Below, piece after piece: positions 16,601 to 26,115 of a DNA stretch of 64,000 nucleotides. Origin of the DNA: Acidimicrobiales bacterium (GTDB lineage: Bacteria; Actinomycetota; Acidimicrobiia; Acidimicrobiales; Bog-793); assembly GCA_052146595.1 (NCBI GenBank), contig JBKQMT010000037.1:8097-72096 (forward strand), written 5' to 3'. Under the pieces are notes generated by a model that worked only from the letters and a program-made list of their open reading frames with translations, ran no database searches and was not told the origin of the DNA. The position numbers were made by a program, and so were the translations under genes. The first letter of the stretch is position 1. The number at the start of each line of letters is the position of its first letter.

Positions 16601-19600
16601 TCAGTTCACAACGGCCTGGTCGGCGACAAACCCCCAAGCGGGGTTGAACTCGTAGTTGCGCAGCCGCTTGGAGATGACGTCGACTTCATTGAGGTCGACG
16701 GTCGCCACCCACTCCGCCTGGTCGGTGAGCTGGTGGTCGACCCTGGCCCACATGGGGCCCGCCTGGGCCGGGCCCTGCAGTTCGAGCAGCGTGGCCCTCG
16801 TCATCTCCTGATCGATGGCCGGGTTGCAGTAATAACCGTTGCCGTGACTGCCGTTGCAAGCGAAGAACGGCGGTAGATAGGACGAGGGGGCTGGGTAGTC
16901 AGGGGTCCAGTCGCCGGAGACCGAAATCTGGAACTGCGCCCACCTGGGCTGGCTGATCGAAGCCATCGAGACCGTGAGCAGGCGCGCCCGGTAACCCAGG
17001 GAGCGGAGCACTTGGGTGACATAACCGGCTTCCTGGGGTGGGATCGATCCTTGGTCGGGGATCCCCCAGACGGTCACCACGGCGCCCTTGGTACCAGACT
17101 CGTCGACCAGCTTCTTGGCCAGCGCCAGGTCCGGTGCAGTCCAGGCCCCGTCAGGGCTGGGGTGCAAGGTGTACGGGCAGTAGCGCTGGTAGCCGAGCAG
17201 GCCGGGCAAAAGGGGCTGACAAATGGGCGTGGCCACCGTCGGGCCTCCGTACATCTCGGCGATCTTGTGCCTGTCGATGGCATAGTTGAGCGCCCTTCGG
17301 GCCAACGGGCTGTTGAAGGGGGCCACGCGGGTGTTGAGGGGGATGAACTCTACGATGAAAGATGGGTCCGAGCGCACCTCGGAGGGGTCCTCGACCTCGA
17401 GGGCATGCAGCTCGGGCGGTGGTATGGAGTCCCAGGTCCAGTCGGCTTTTCCCTCGGTGATCTCGTTCACCACGTCCTGCTCAGAGGGGAGGATACGCCA
17501 GATGATCACGTCGGGGTTACCCTGTGGTTGGGCGGCGTGGGACCACTCTTGGAAGTAGGGGTTCCGCTTGAAGACCACCTCTGTCGGTGTGGTGCTGGCG
17601 ACCCGGTATGGGCCAGTGCCGGGGACCGGGCGCAGGCCCATGTCGTGGTCGGGTGTGCTCGGCGGGACAGGAGCACCGTAGGCCTGCGGAGTCAGCTTGT
17701 CGAGGAAGTCGGGGTCGGGGGCAGTGAGATGAAAAACGACCAGGCCGGACCGGTCGTCGGTGACCACGCCCTGGGACAGGTCGCAGGTCTGCGGGCCGGT
17801 GAGGCACGCCTGCGCGCCGACAAGGCCGCTGTAAAAGCTGGCCCCGGGAGAACCAAGTGCGAAAAGCCGCTCTAACCCGCGCCGAAAATCGGTGGCCTTC
17901 ACCAGCTCGCCGTTGGAATAACGGATCCCGGTCCGGAGCCGGAAGCTGTATGTGCGGCCCCCGTCGCTGGCGACGGGGATCTGGAGCGCCAGGTCAGGAA
18001 CAAGCCTGAGGCCGTTCGGCCCTGGGGCGGGCTCGAAGGTGACCAAGGTGTCGTACTCCAGGCGCAGGAAACTCAATGGGGTCATCCCGTAGTACAAGGC
18101 GGGGTCGATGCTGCCATAAGTCTGGGTGCTGACAAGGACGAGAGTCCCACCTCTGTCATCACCGGCGGGCGCGGACGCCGCCACCCAAACTGCCCCGTTC
18201 TCTGAGGCCAGTGCGACCGGGTTGTCGCCGACGTCGACGGTGCCGACGACGGCCAAGCGTTGCGGGCTGATGCGAGAGACAGTCCCCGAGTACTGGTTGG
18301 CCACCCATAGTGAGCCGTTGGCCGCCACCAGGGCAGCCGGCCCGCTGCCCACGGCGATCGTGCTGAGCACGGCAAAGGTGGCCGGGCCCACCACCGAGAC
18401 CGTGCTGTCCAGGCTGTTAGCGACCCACAAGTCGCCATCGTCAAACGCAATCGCCGACGGGCCGTTGCCGACGTTGACCGTGCCTACGACCTGCCCGGTC
18501 CGGGGGTCGACCCCTTCGACGGTCCCCGAGTTATAGGCCGCCACCCACACCAGCCCATCAGCCAAGGCGAGCGAAGTGGGGTGCACATCGAGGGAAAAGC
18601 TCTCCAACACCGAGCCCGACAGCGGGTCAAGTTCGAGCAGGGCTTGGTCAGTTGAGTCAGCTACCCACAGGCCTCCCTCCCCGTAAGCCATGGCCACCGG
18701 GCCTGTCTCGGCCAGGACGGCGGTCCAGGTGACGGTGCTGCTGGCAGGGTCGATCCTCTCCGCCGTGGCGCCCATTGTGCCGGCCACCCACAGGGCTCCT
18801 CCCCCGCTGACCAGGCTGCCCGGCTGGCCACCAACCGGGATGCGGTCAACCACCATGGCCTTTTCCTGGTCGACCTGGAGCACGGCACCGCCGCTGGGGC
18901 TGGCCACCCACACGGACCCGCCGGCGGCGGCGATCGCCCCAGGCGGGGCCGGGAGCTCCATGTGGGTGACTGGGAGGTCAGAGCGGGTGTTGATGGCAAC
19001 CAGCACGTTGGCCTCGGTGGCCGCGGCCAGCGAGGCCCCTCGGCCCAACGTCGGCAGGAGTGCCGCCACCAGGGCCACGGCCACAAGGCCGGCGGCGGGG
19101 ACGGCCCAGGCCCACGTCCGATGGTTCGATTGGCGTTCGGCACTCGACGTGGCAGGGCTTGAGGCTCGCGAAGTAAGGGGACGCGGAGCCGGGGTCAACG
19201 CTTCGTCATGTTCGAGGATGCGCTGCTCCAGCCGGCGCAGCTCCGGCCCCGGTTCCAACCCGAGCTCTTGGGCCAAATGGCGCCGGCATAAATGCATCGC
19301 GGCCAGAGCGTCCGACTGACGGCCAGAACGGTATAGCGCCAACATGAGGTGGGCCACCAGGCGCTCGCGCATGGGATGGTCGCGTGTTAGGCGCTCAAGT
19401 TCAGGGACCAGCTCCGGTCCGAGACCGACCGCCAGGTCCGCCTCCGCACGCCGCTCCAGTGCGGTCAGGCGCCTTTCGTCCAGCCGGTCGCCCACGCCAG
19501 TGGCAAAAGGCTCCGAGCGCAGGTCGGCCAATGCGGCGCCCCGCCACAGACCGAGGGCCTGGCTGAGCGTACCCGCCGCGGCAGCGGGATCTTCAGGTAG

Positions 19601-19927
19601 CAGCTCCTCGGCTTGTGAAACGATCCCTTCGAAGGTACTGAGGTCGAGCTCACCTGGTTCGACCCGCAATACGTAGCCAGCCGGGCGCCGGGCCAGGCGG
19701 TCCGGACCAAGGAGTCGGCGCAGCCTGGATATGTACGTGTCAAGGATCTGAGGAGCATTCAGCGGTGTCCTGTCGCCCCAGACGCCGTCAATCAGCCGGT
19801 CTTTCGAGATGGGCCCGTTGACCTCCAACAGGAGCATGGCCAGCACGGCTCGCTGCTTCGGCCCACCCAGGCGCAGGGAGCGCCCGTCCTGCACCACATC
19901 GAGGGGGCCAAGCACAAGGAACTGCAT
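16601..19927 (-). CDS. Membrane-anchored SARP-type regulator: wHTH + BTAD + TM + YVTN/NHL beta-propeller + family-5 solute-binding domain
   Basis: MQFLVLGPL..GGPKQRAVLAMLLL; ALGLWRG; HPMRERL...LMLALYRSGRQSDAL...ELGLEPGPEL; TM WAWAVPAAGLVAVALVAALL; repeated G.P...A...LWVANS; SIDPA, LVPDLA, YSFRLRTGIRYSNG, GTGPY, PFNS..ARRALNYAID. Confidence 0.9.
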   Translation of the reverse strand: MQFLVLGPLDVVQDGRSLRLGGPKQRAVLAMLLLEVNGPISKDRLIDGVWGDRTPLNAPQILDTYISRLRRLLGPDRLARRPAGYVLRVEPGELDLSTFEGIVSQAEELLPEDPAAAAGTLSQALGLWRGAALADLRSEPFATGVGDRLDERRLTALERRAEADLAVGLGPELVPELERLTRDHPMRERLVAHLMLALYRSGRQSDALAAMHLCRRHLAQELGLEPGPELRRLEQRILEHDEALTPAPRPLTSRASSPATSSAERQSNHRTWAWAVPAAGLVAVALVAALLPTLGRGASLAAATEANVLVAINTRSDLPVTHMELPAPPGAIAAAGGSVWVASPSGGAVLQVDQEKAMVVDRIPVGGQPGSLVSGGGALWVAGTMGATAERIDPASSTVTWTAVLAETGPVAMAYGEGGLWVADSTDQALLELDPLSGSVLESFSLDVHPTSLALADGLVWVAAYNSGTVEGVDPRTGQVVGTVNVGNGPSAIAFDDGDLWVANSLDSTVSVVGPATFAVLSTIAVGSGPAALVAANGSLWVANQYSGTVSRISPQRLAVVGTVDVGDNPVALASENGAVWVAASAPAGDDRGGTLVLVSTQTYGSIDPALYYGMTPLSFLRLEYDTLVTFEPAPGPNGLRLVPDLALQIPVASDGGRTYSFRLRTGIRYSNGELVKATDFRRGLERLFALGSPGASFYSGLVGAQACLTGPQTCDLSQGVVTDDRSGLVVFHLTAPDPDFLDKLTPQAYGAPVPPSTPDHDMGLRPVPGTGPYRVASTTPTEVVFKRNPYFQEWSHAAQPQGNPDVIIWRILPSEQDVVNEITEGKADWTWDSIPPPELHALEVEDPSEVRSDPSFIVEFIPLNTRVAPFNSPLARRALNYAIDRHKIAEMYGGPTVATPICQPLLPGLLGYQRYCPYTLHPSPDGAWTAPDLALAKKLVDESGTKGAVVTVWGIPDQGSIPPQEAGYVTQVLRSLGYRARLLTVSMASISQPRWAQFQISVSGDWTPDYPAPSSYLPPFFACNGSHGNGYYCNPAIDQEMTRATLLELQGPAQAGPMWARVDHQLTDQAEWVATVDLNEVDVISKRLRNYEFNPAWGFVADQAVVN

Positions 19928-19948
19928 TAGGTGCAATTAACCAGGGCT

Positions 19949-19991
19949 TTCAGGTTCCTTCAAGGTTCTTTCAAGATCGATAGGGCAATCT
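19949..19991 (+). promoter_or_regulatory. Candidate SARP-activated promoter: three heptamer direct repeats at 11-bp period plus -10
   Basis: TTCAGGT (19949), TCAAGGT (19960), TCAAGAT (19971), then 8 bp, then CAATCT (19986-19991). Confidence 0.6.
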
Positions 19992-20038
19992 TCGCCTTCG
20001 CCGGACCGTGTCGGGGTCCGCAGAGAAGGAGGGGAGTC

Positions 20039-22600
20039 ATGGGCCAAAGCCCCCTAGCACCGGTTGCGGCCACGCAGGTGGCTGGGCTAACGCGGACATT
20101 TGCCACACGGGCGCCGCGCAAGATCGTCTCGGCTCGCGGCGTCGCGCCATCGTTGCCCGCAACGACCGGGAGGAGCCTCAGGTTCCTCGTCGAGGCGGCA
20201 CTTAGCTGTCTGGCGCTGCTGGTGGGTGTGAGCACGGTCCCGACCGGGGCCGCGGCAACTGGCACGCCGGCTCGGAGCAGGCCCGCAGCCCTCAACGGCC
20301 CGATCGGCTCCAGGTCGGCACTGGTCGCCTCGGCACCGGTCGGCAACGGCCCTGGGGCGGTCGCGCTGAACCTCGCGACACAGACGATCTACGTGGCCAA
20401 CGGCTACAACACGAACGGCCCCGACGCCGGCGGGAACACGGTTTCGGTGATCGACGCTCGCCACTGCAACGCGCAGGCCGTTTCGCGCTGCAGGGGGCCG
20501 TGGCCGACGATCAAGGTCGGGAACCTGCCGAGCGGGATCGCGATCGACGAGCGCACCGACACCGTGTACGTGAGCAGTGGAGAGCACGAGGGACCGGGCA
20601 TCGTATCGGTCTTCGACGGCGCAACCTGCAACGCCACGAACACGGCGGGGTGCGACCAGACGCCAGCGAAGGTCCCCGTCGGGTTAGGACCGCTCGGGAT
20701 CTTCTCCGACGACGCGAACCACACCGTCTACGTCCCGAACTACGACAACGGAGCAGCCAACAGTACGACCGTGTCGATGATCGACAGCGCGACCTGCGAC
20801 GCCTCCGATCTCTCTGGCTGTCCACACGCCCAGCCGCCGACCGTCAACGTCGGGGCAGCACCCGACGCCGTCGACGTCAACCAGGCCACCCACACCGTCT
20901 ACGTGACCACGATCGGCAAGCTGAACGGGTGGACGGTTTTCGACGCCAACACCTGCAACGCGACGGACCAGAGCGGCTGCCGCGACGTCGGCCACCTCCC
21001 CGGCGATCCGGCCGGACCGAATGACGCCGAGGTCGACACCGTCAACGACACCTTGTACACGGCCAACTACGACAACACCGTCTCGGTGTTTGACCTCGCC
21101 GACTGTGACGCCAGCGACCTGTCGGGCTGCAAGCACGACGCGCCTGGGACCGTCACCCCAGTCCCACCCGTTGGCTTCGATCACGACCTGTGGCTCGCCG
21201 TGGACGCCCCGCTGCACAGCGTTTATGTCGCCTACCAGAAGGACGACTCCCTGATGGTGGTCGACACGGACAAGTGCAACGGGACCCATCTGGCGGCTTG
21301 CGCGACGCTCAGCACACCCGAGATCCACACAGGTGCGGATCCTGAGTCGGTCGTCGTCGACGACCAGACCCAGACGCTTTACACCGCCAACGAGGTCGAC
21401 AACGACGTCTCGGTGATCGACGCGACCCGCTGCAACGCGCAGACCACGACTGGCTGCCGGCACCCTGCGCCCGAAGTCGCGGTCTCGCCGGCCGGAGCCC
21501 TGGCGGCCGACGCCGACCCTGGCGTCGGGACAACCTACGTCCCGACCGGCGACGGCACGGTCGCGATGATCAACACCAGCAAATGCAACGCCCTCCAGAC
21601 GGACGGGTGCACCAAGGCACCGCCAACGCTCACGGTCGGCGAGCACCCTTCGGCGGTTGCCGTCGACGCACCCACGCACACCGTGTACGTGGCCAACTAC
21701 GGCACCGGCTCGGCCGGCACTGTCTCGGCGTTCGACGACCGCACCTGCAACGCGACCGACCAGGCCGGCTGCGCCACGATGTCCACGCTCAAAGTCCCCG
21801 GCGGGAACCCGTACGACATCGCCGTCAACAGCGCCACCAATACCATCTACGTCGCCACCATCACCCACAGCGGCCCCGACCTCATCTCGATGTTCAACGG
21901 CGCCACCTGTGACGCCACCCACAGGGGCGGCTGTGACCAGACGCCCGCGACCGTCGCCGTTGGCAGCTCGGGGCACGCGCCCAACAACTCGTTTCTCGAG
22001 CTGGCCATCAACCCGGCGACTAACACGGTCTACGCGGCAAATGTCTTCAACACCGCGCCCAGCGAGCCCCCGCCCTATCTTGGCAACAGCGTGTACGTGG
22101 TCAACGGCGCCACTTGTGATGCCGTTGACAGGGCCGGCTGCGGGCAGGTCCCCGCCGCCGTCAAGCTTGCCCCCCACCCCCCGGTAGGGTCCGACCCCTT
22201 CGGGATCGCGGTCGACGAGGCTACCGACACGGTCTACACGTCGAACATCGCCGACGACGAGCACCCTGGCACCATCGCGGTGATCAACGGCGCCACCTGC
22301 AACGGCTCAGACCACGCCGGCTGCGGCCAGACCCCCGCCACTGCTCCAGTTGGTTTCGGCGCCAACCAGGTCACGGTCGACCAGCTGACGAACCGGGTTT
22401 ACGCCACTAGCGTCTCAGACACCAGCGTCACCGTGATCAACGGAAACACGTGCAACGGCACCAACCACACCGGCTGCGACAACACGCAAACGGAAGCCAC
22501 GGTGGGCGACTACCCGGGCTGGATCAGCGTCGACCCGGCGGTCGGTACCGCATACGTCACAAACAGCGAGGGCGTTTCGGTCATCCCACTCAACCACTAA
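20039..22600 (+). CDS. Secreted YVTN/YncE-like double beta-propeller protein with 13 C-x7-C loops
   Basis: RBS AAGGAGGGG; hydrophobic signal/anchor LSCLALLVGV; about 14 repeats of VG..P..IAVD..T.TVYVAN...TVSVID..TC(N/D)A....GC. Confidence 0.85.
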   Translation: MGQSPLAPVAATQVAGLTRTFATRAPRKIVSARGVAPSLPATTGRSLRFLVEAALSCLALLVGVSTVPTGAAATGTPARSRPAALNGPIGSRSALVASAPVGNGPGAVALNLATQTIYVANGYNTNGPDAGGNTVSVIDARHCNAQAVSRCRGPWPTIKVGNLPSGIAIDERTDTVYVSSGEHEGPGIVSVFDGATCNATNTAGCDQTPAKVPVGLGPLGIFSDDANHTVYVPNYDNGAANSTTVSMIDSATCDASDLSGCPHAQPPTVNVGAAPDAVDVNQATHTVYVTTIGKLNGWTVFDANTCNATDQSGCRDVGHLPGDPAGPNDAEVDTVNDTLYTANYDNTVSVFDLADCDASDLSGCKHDAPGTVTPVPPVGFDHDLWLAVDAPLHSVYVAYQKDDSLMVVDTDKCNGTHLAACATLSTPEIHTGADPESVVVDDQTQTLYTANEVDNDVSVIDATRCNAQTTTGCRHPAPEVAVSPAGALAADADPGVGTTYVPTGDGTVAMINTSKCNALQTDGCTKAPPTLTVGEHPSAVAVDAPTHTVYVANYGTGSAGTVSAFDDRTCNATDQAGCATMSTLKVPGGNPYDIAVNSATNTIYVATITHSGPDLISMFNGATCDATHRGGCDQTPATVAVGSSGHAPNNSFLELAINPATNTVYAANVFNTAPSEPPPYLGNSVYVVNGATCDAVDRAGCGQVPAAVKLAPHPPVGSDPFGIAVDEATDTVYTSNIADDEHPGTIAVINGATCNGSDHAGCGQTPATAPVGFGANQVTVDQLTNRVYATSVSDTSVTVINGNTCNGTNHTGCDNTQTEATVGDYPGWISVDPAVGTAYVTNSEGVSVIPLNH

Positions 22601-22754
22601 CGCCTGCACAGGCGGCCCACGACGATCCCGTTCGCTGTCGCGACGACGGTCCGGCTTGTACCCACGGTGTGCTGGCCGGGCGCGCAAGAGCCTCAGTGAC
22701 TCGCTCGACGCATAGCCTTCCCGCCACTGAGGACCGCACGCTGCTTGGCGGGAC

Positions 22755-23573
22755 CTAAGGCGAGCTTACGTAGCCGGCGAGCGTGAAGTCACCTTGGCTG
22801 TCGGTGACCTGTACCTGGTCGGTCCCCGTCTCGACGACGGAGAAACCGGTCTGGTCCCCGTCCCCGTCCACGACGTCTGGGCCCGAACGGCCGGGCGCGT
22901 CGTCGATGACAACCGCCACGTGGGCGGCAGACGGGTCGGCGCCGAGCAAGAGGCCGTAGACCGCCACGTCGCCAGGTGCAGCCACGTAACCGCTCGTCGC
23001 CGGATGCCACTCGCCGTTGGCGACGGCCCAGTCATAGAAGCTGACAGCGCCGCCGTTGATCTCTCCCGGGCCGTAGCCGTAGGTGAATTGCGCTCCGGCC
23101 ATTTGCCAGGCCCAGGCGGCGAAGTCGGCGCACCACTCCTCTGCCGTCTCACCGCTTGGGCAGCCCGCGGTGCCGGCATCCCAGTTGGCGCTGAACTTGT
23201 TGCAGTAGGAGTTGGAGGGGTCGGTGCTGTAGCCGACCTGGCTCTCGGCGAAGGCCACGATGCGCTCGGGCATGCTCAAGCCGGCAAGCATCGCGTCGCT
23301 CGGCATTGGGAACGATGGCGTGTTCCGGGTCACCCGGTGCAGAGTCGTGAACAAGATGACCACGACCGCGCCAGCCCCGATGATGAGCCTCAACGAGCGC
23401 AGGGACCGGCCCAGCCAACGCGATCTCACGGCGTTCGTCGCAGGCATCTCGGAGCTGGGGGACGCTCCGCCACCGAGTACGGCCCCTGTGACCCCAACCG
23501 GCGAGTACGCCGAACGAACCGCCGTCGGGCGGCGCGTCCACGAGTCTCGCGGCTGACCGGACCGCCCGATCAT
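22755..23573 (-). CDS. Membrane-anchored CHAP-domain (peptidoglycan amidase-like) protein
   Basis: GGAGG RBS; TM LIIGAGAVVVILF; IVAFAESQVG, EWCADFAAWAW (Cys), PGDVAVY, AHVAVV (His). Confidence 0.8.
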   Translation of the reverse strand: MIGRSGQPRDSWTRRPTAVRSAYSPVGVTGAVLGGGASPSSEMPATNAVRSRWLGRSLRSLRLIIGAGAVVVILFTTLHRVTRNTPSFPMPSDAMLAGLSMPERIVAFAESQVGYSTDPSNSYCNKFSANWDAGTAGCPSGETAEEWCADFAAWAWQMAGAQFTYGYGPGEINGGAVSFYDWAVANGEWHPATSGYVAAPGDVAVYGLLLGADPSAAHVAVVIDDAPGRSGPDVVDGDGDQTGFSVVETGTDQVQVTDSQGDFTLAGYVSSP

Positions 23574-23632
23574 CGACAGCCCTCCGTCTCGCTCGAGCTG
23601 TTTTCGACTCACGCGGGCTCGGCTCACGGCGT

Positions 23633-24684
23633 TCAGACCGCGCGCCGGCGAACCATCCACACCGTCACGGCCACGAGCGACACAGAGAGCGCGAGTAGCC
23701 AGCCACCCTCGATCCACTGGAATGGCCAAAACCGGCTGGCCGGCTGGTAGGTGGTCCACTGCGTGTACCCGCGCTGGGCGAGGTAGTGCACCGTGTTGAA
23801 GGACTTCGCAATCCCGCCTTTGGCGGCCACGGATGCTGGTGCCCTGAAGAGGACCTGGTCGATCACGGACTGGCTGACCGGCCGGCCCCCTTTTGTCCAG
23901 TGCTGGCCGATGATCCACGCGGAACCGGAGAGGCTCGCCTTGCTGGTGACCAGCGGCGTCAGGTAATGCTGCCGCAGGAAGCCGCCGGTCGCGAGAGCGA
24001 GCCCGGCGTACGCGGCCAGGGTGGTGGCAATCGCGGGGACGACCCGGCGGATGAGGACGCCCGCCAGGCACCCGATGGCGAAGGCGGCCAGGGTCCAAGC
24101 GGCGAAGCTGACCCCGCGTAGGTCGAACAGGGGGGACCGAGTGGAGTCCACTCCGAAAGGGAGAGGAACTGGTTGCCGGAATTGAAGTAAGGCTGGTAGT
24201 ACCAGGACAACAGGATGCTGATCGCACCGGCCGCGGCCGCCACGACGACCGCGAGCCCTACGAGCTTGGAGAGCGTCCAGCGCCACCGCCCGAAGCCCTG
24301 GGTCCAGGCGAAACGGTAGGTGCCGGTCTCGAGCTCGCGGGCCAGAACCGGCGCTTCGACGAACGCCCCGATCAGCACGGGCACCACTTGTGGCAGGAAA
24401 CCGTTCGCCAAAAAGCCGTACATGCCATTCAAACTGCTGACCAGATCAACGCAGGCAAATGAGCTTGCTGGGTGGCACGAAACTGCGGCGGCGTAGGCGT
24501 GGTGCAGCTGCAGGCCGGCGATGAAAAAGCACACTGCCAGCGCGCCGAGCAGAGCACCTACGCCGGTCAGCGCGGAGCGGTGCTGTCGCCAGGTGACCCA
24601 GAGCATCCGCCGCCACGGAAGTGGCCGCGGCCTCGCATCCTGCTCCGGGCCGGCGGCTGTGATGAGCGTGGTCGGCGCGGTCAC
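23633..24684 (-). pseudogene. ABC-2 type permease split by a 1-nt frameshift (true pseudogene, phase variant or sequencing error)
   Basis: 5' half WVTWRQHR...APVLARELETGTYRFAWTQG and 3' half LFDLRGVSFAAWTLAAF...YQPASRFWPFQWIE join if the G6 run at 24130-24135 is G7. Confidence 0.85.
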
Positions 24685-24693
24685 TTCGCCACC

Positions 24694-25593
24694 TCAGACC
24701 GTTCGGCGTCTCGTCCGCGAGCCGGGCCGGGCAGCGGCGCCGGGCTCCCGCAGGTAAGAAAGCGTCAGCTCTTCGAGCCTGACCGGGTGAGCCTCCCATC
24801 CCGATGGCACCGGATCGGAGGTACCCTCGCAACGAACGAGCATGTGCGCCTGCGACGCGGCGCGGCTCGCGTGCACGACGCTCCACTCGTGCGCATGCCG
24901 CTCGGACTCCGAAGCTAGGCCGACGAGCACGCGATGGGTCGCGAGGAGGTCGTCGACCTTGCCAACCATCTGGACGCTTCCGCGCGAGAGGAGCACGAGA
25001 TAGTCGGCAATCCTCTCGAGCTCTGCGAGGACGTGGGACGAGAGCACGACCGAGACACCATCGTCCGCGACCGCCATCATCACCATCGCCATGAAGTCGT
25101 GCCGGGCAAGCGGATCGAGCATTGCCATCGGCTCGTCGAGCACAAGGAGCTGTGGCCGGCGCGCCAGCGCGAGGGTCAACGCGAGCTGGGCCTGTTGACC
25201 GCCCGACATCTTCCCCGCCTTCTGCTGCAAGGGGATGCAAAGCTCGCGTAAACGATGCTCGGCATAGTCCTCGTCGAAGCGGCGGTTGAGGTTGCGGGTC
25301 ACATGCAGCAGGTCAGCAGCCGAGAGGTTCTTGTACAGCGGCGTGTCCTGGGCGACGAACGCGATCCCGTCCAGCGCGGGCAGAGAGCCGGCGAGATGTC
25401 CACCGAGCACCGCCACCTCCCCAGAGGTCGGCGCTGCCAGTCCGACCGCGAGGTTCAAGAGTGTCGACTTTCCGGCGCCGTTCGGGCCGACGAGCGCAAC
25501 GACGTGCCCGTCGGGGATCGCCAACGTGCAGTCATTCAAGGCTCTCGTCGAGCCGTAGGACTTTCCGAGGGCGTGGGTTTCGATGACGTTCAT
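24694..25593 (-). CDS. ABC transporter ATP-binding protein
   Basis: GPNGAGKST, MSGGQ, LVLDEP, SSH. Confidence 0.95.
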   Translation of the reverse strand: MNVIETHALGKSYGSTRALNDCTLAIPDGHVVALVGPNGAGKSTLLNLAVGLAAPTSGEVAVLGGHLAGSLPALDGIAFVAQDTPLYKNLSAADLLHVTRNLNRRFDEDYAEHRLRELCIPLQQKAGKMSGGQQAQLALTLALARRPQLLVLDEPMAMLDPLARHDFMAMVMMAVADDGVSVVLSSHVLAELERIADYLVLLSRGSVQMVGKVDDLLATHRVLVGLASESERHAHEWSVVHASRAASQAHMLVRCEGTSDPVPSGWEAHPVRLEELTLSYLREPGAAARPGSRTRRRTV

Positions 25594-26081
25594 GCCGCTC
25601 CCTCCGCCTCGCCTCTCGCGGCGTCGCGCCGGTCGGCCGCACCCCCGCGACGCTCACGAAAATCCCGCAGCACATTCGCGACGAGCGCAGCGATTCCGTC
25701 CTCGTCGAGTCCCGCCGCGTCGGCAGAGGCAACCCACGAGACGAGAGAGCGACGGAGTTCAGTGAGTTCGGGCAGTGCCATCTGGCCGAGCGTCGCCACG
25801 ATGAACGTTCCCTGGCCTGGTCGCCCGACCGCGAGGCCTTTCGTCTCCAGCTCCTTGTAGGCCTTCAGCACGGTGTTGGGGTTGATCACTAGTTCCGCAA
25901 CAACGTCTCGGACCTTCGGAAGCTGATCGCCGGGCTTGAGGTAGTCGAGACGGAGCGCGTGCTCAACCTGATGGACGAGCTGCAGGTAAGTCGGCACGCC
26001 CGAAGCGATATCGAGCCGGAACTCGATCGGCGAGGCTCCCTTCGGCGCCGCGGTCTTGCTGAGCGCTTTATCTAACGTCAT
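25590..26081 (-). CDS. GntR (YtrA subfamily) transcriptional regulator
   Basis: SGVPTYLQLVHQV...LKPGDQLP...INPNTVLKAYKELE...RPGQGTF; heads an ABC operon. Confidence 0.92.
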   Translation of the reverse strand: MTLDKALSKTAAPKGASPIEFRLDIASGVPTYLQLVHQVEHALRLDYLKPGDQLPKVRDVVAELVINPNTVLKAYKELETKGLAVGRPGQGTFIVATLGQMALPELTELRRSLVSWVASADAAGLDEDGIAALVANVLRDFRERRGGAADRRDAARGEAEGAA

Positions 26082-26087
26082 AAGACA

Positions 26088-26115
26088 AGGCTACAGAAGA
26101 AATAGCGGCTGTCAA
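26088..26115 (-). promoter_or_regulatory. Sigma-70 promoter for a probably leaderless gntR operon mRNA
   Basis: Minus strand TTGACA-16 bp-TAGCCT-6 nt-ATG. Confidence 0.7.

Noticed and set aside
20039..22600. Multiheme cytochrome c
   Set aside because: Cys pairs are C-x7-C, not CxxCH
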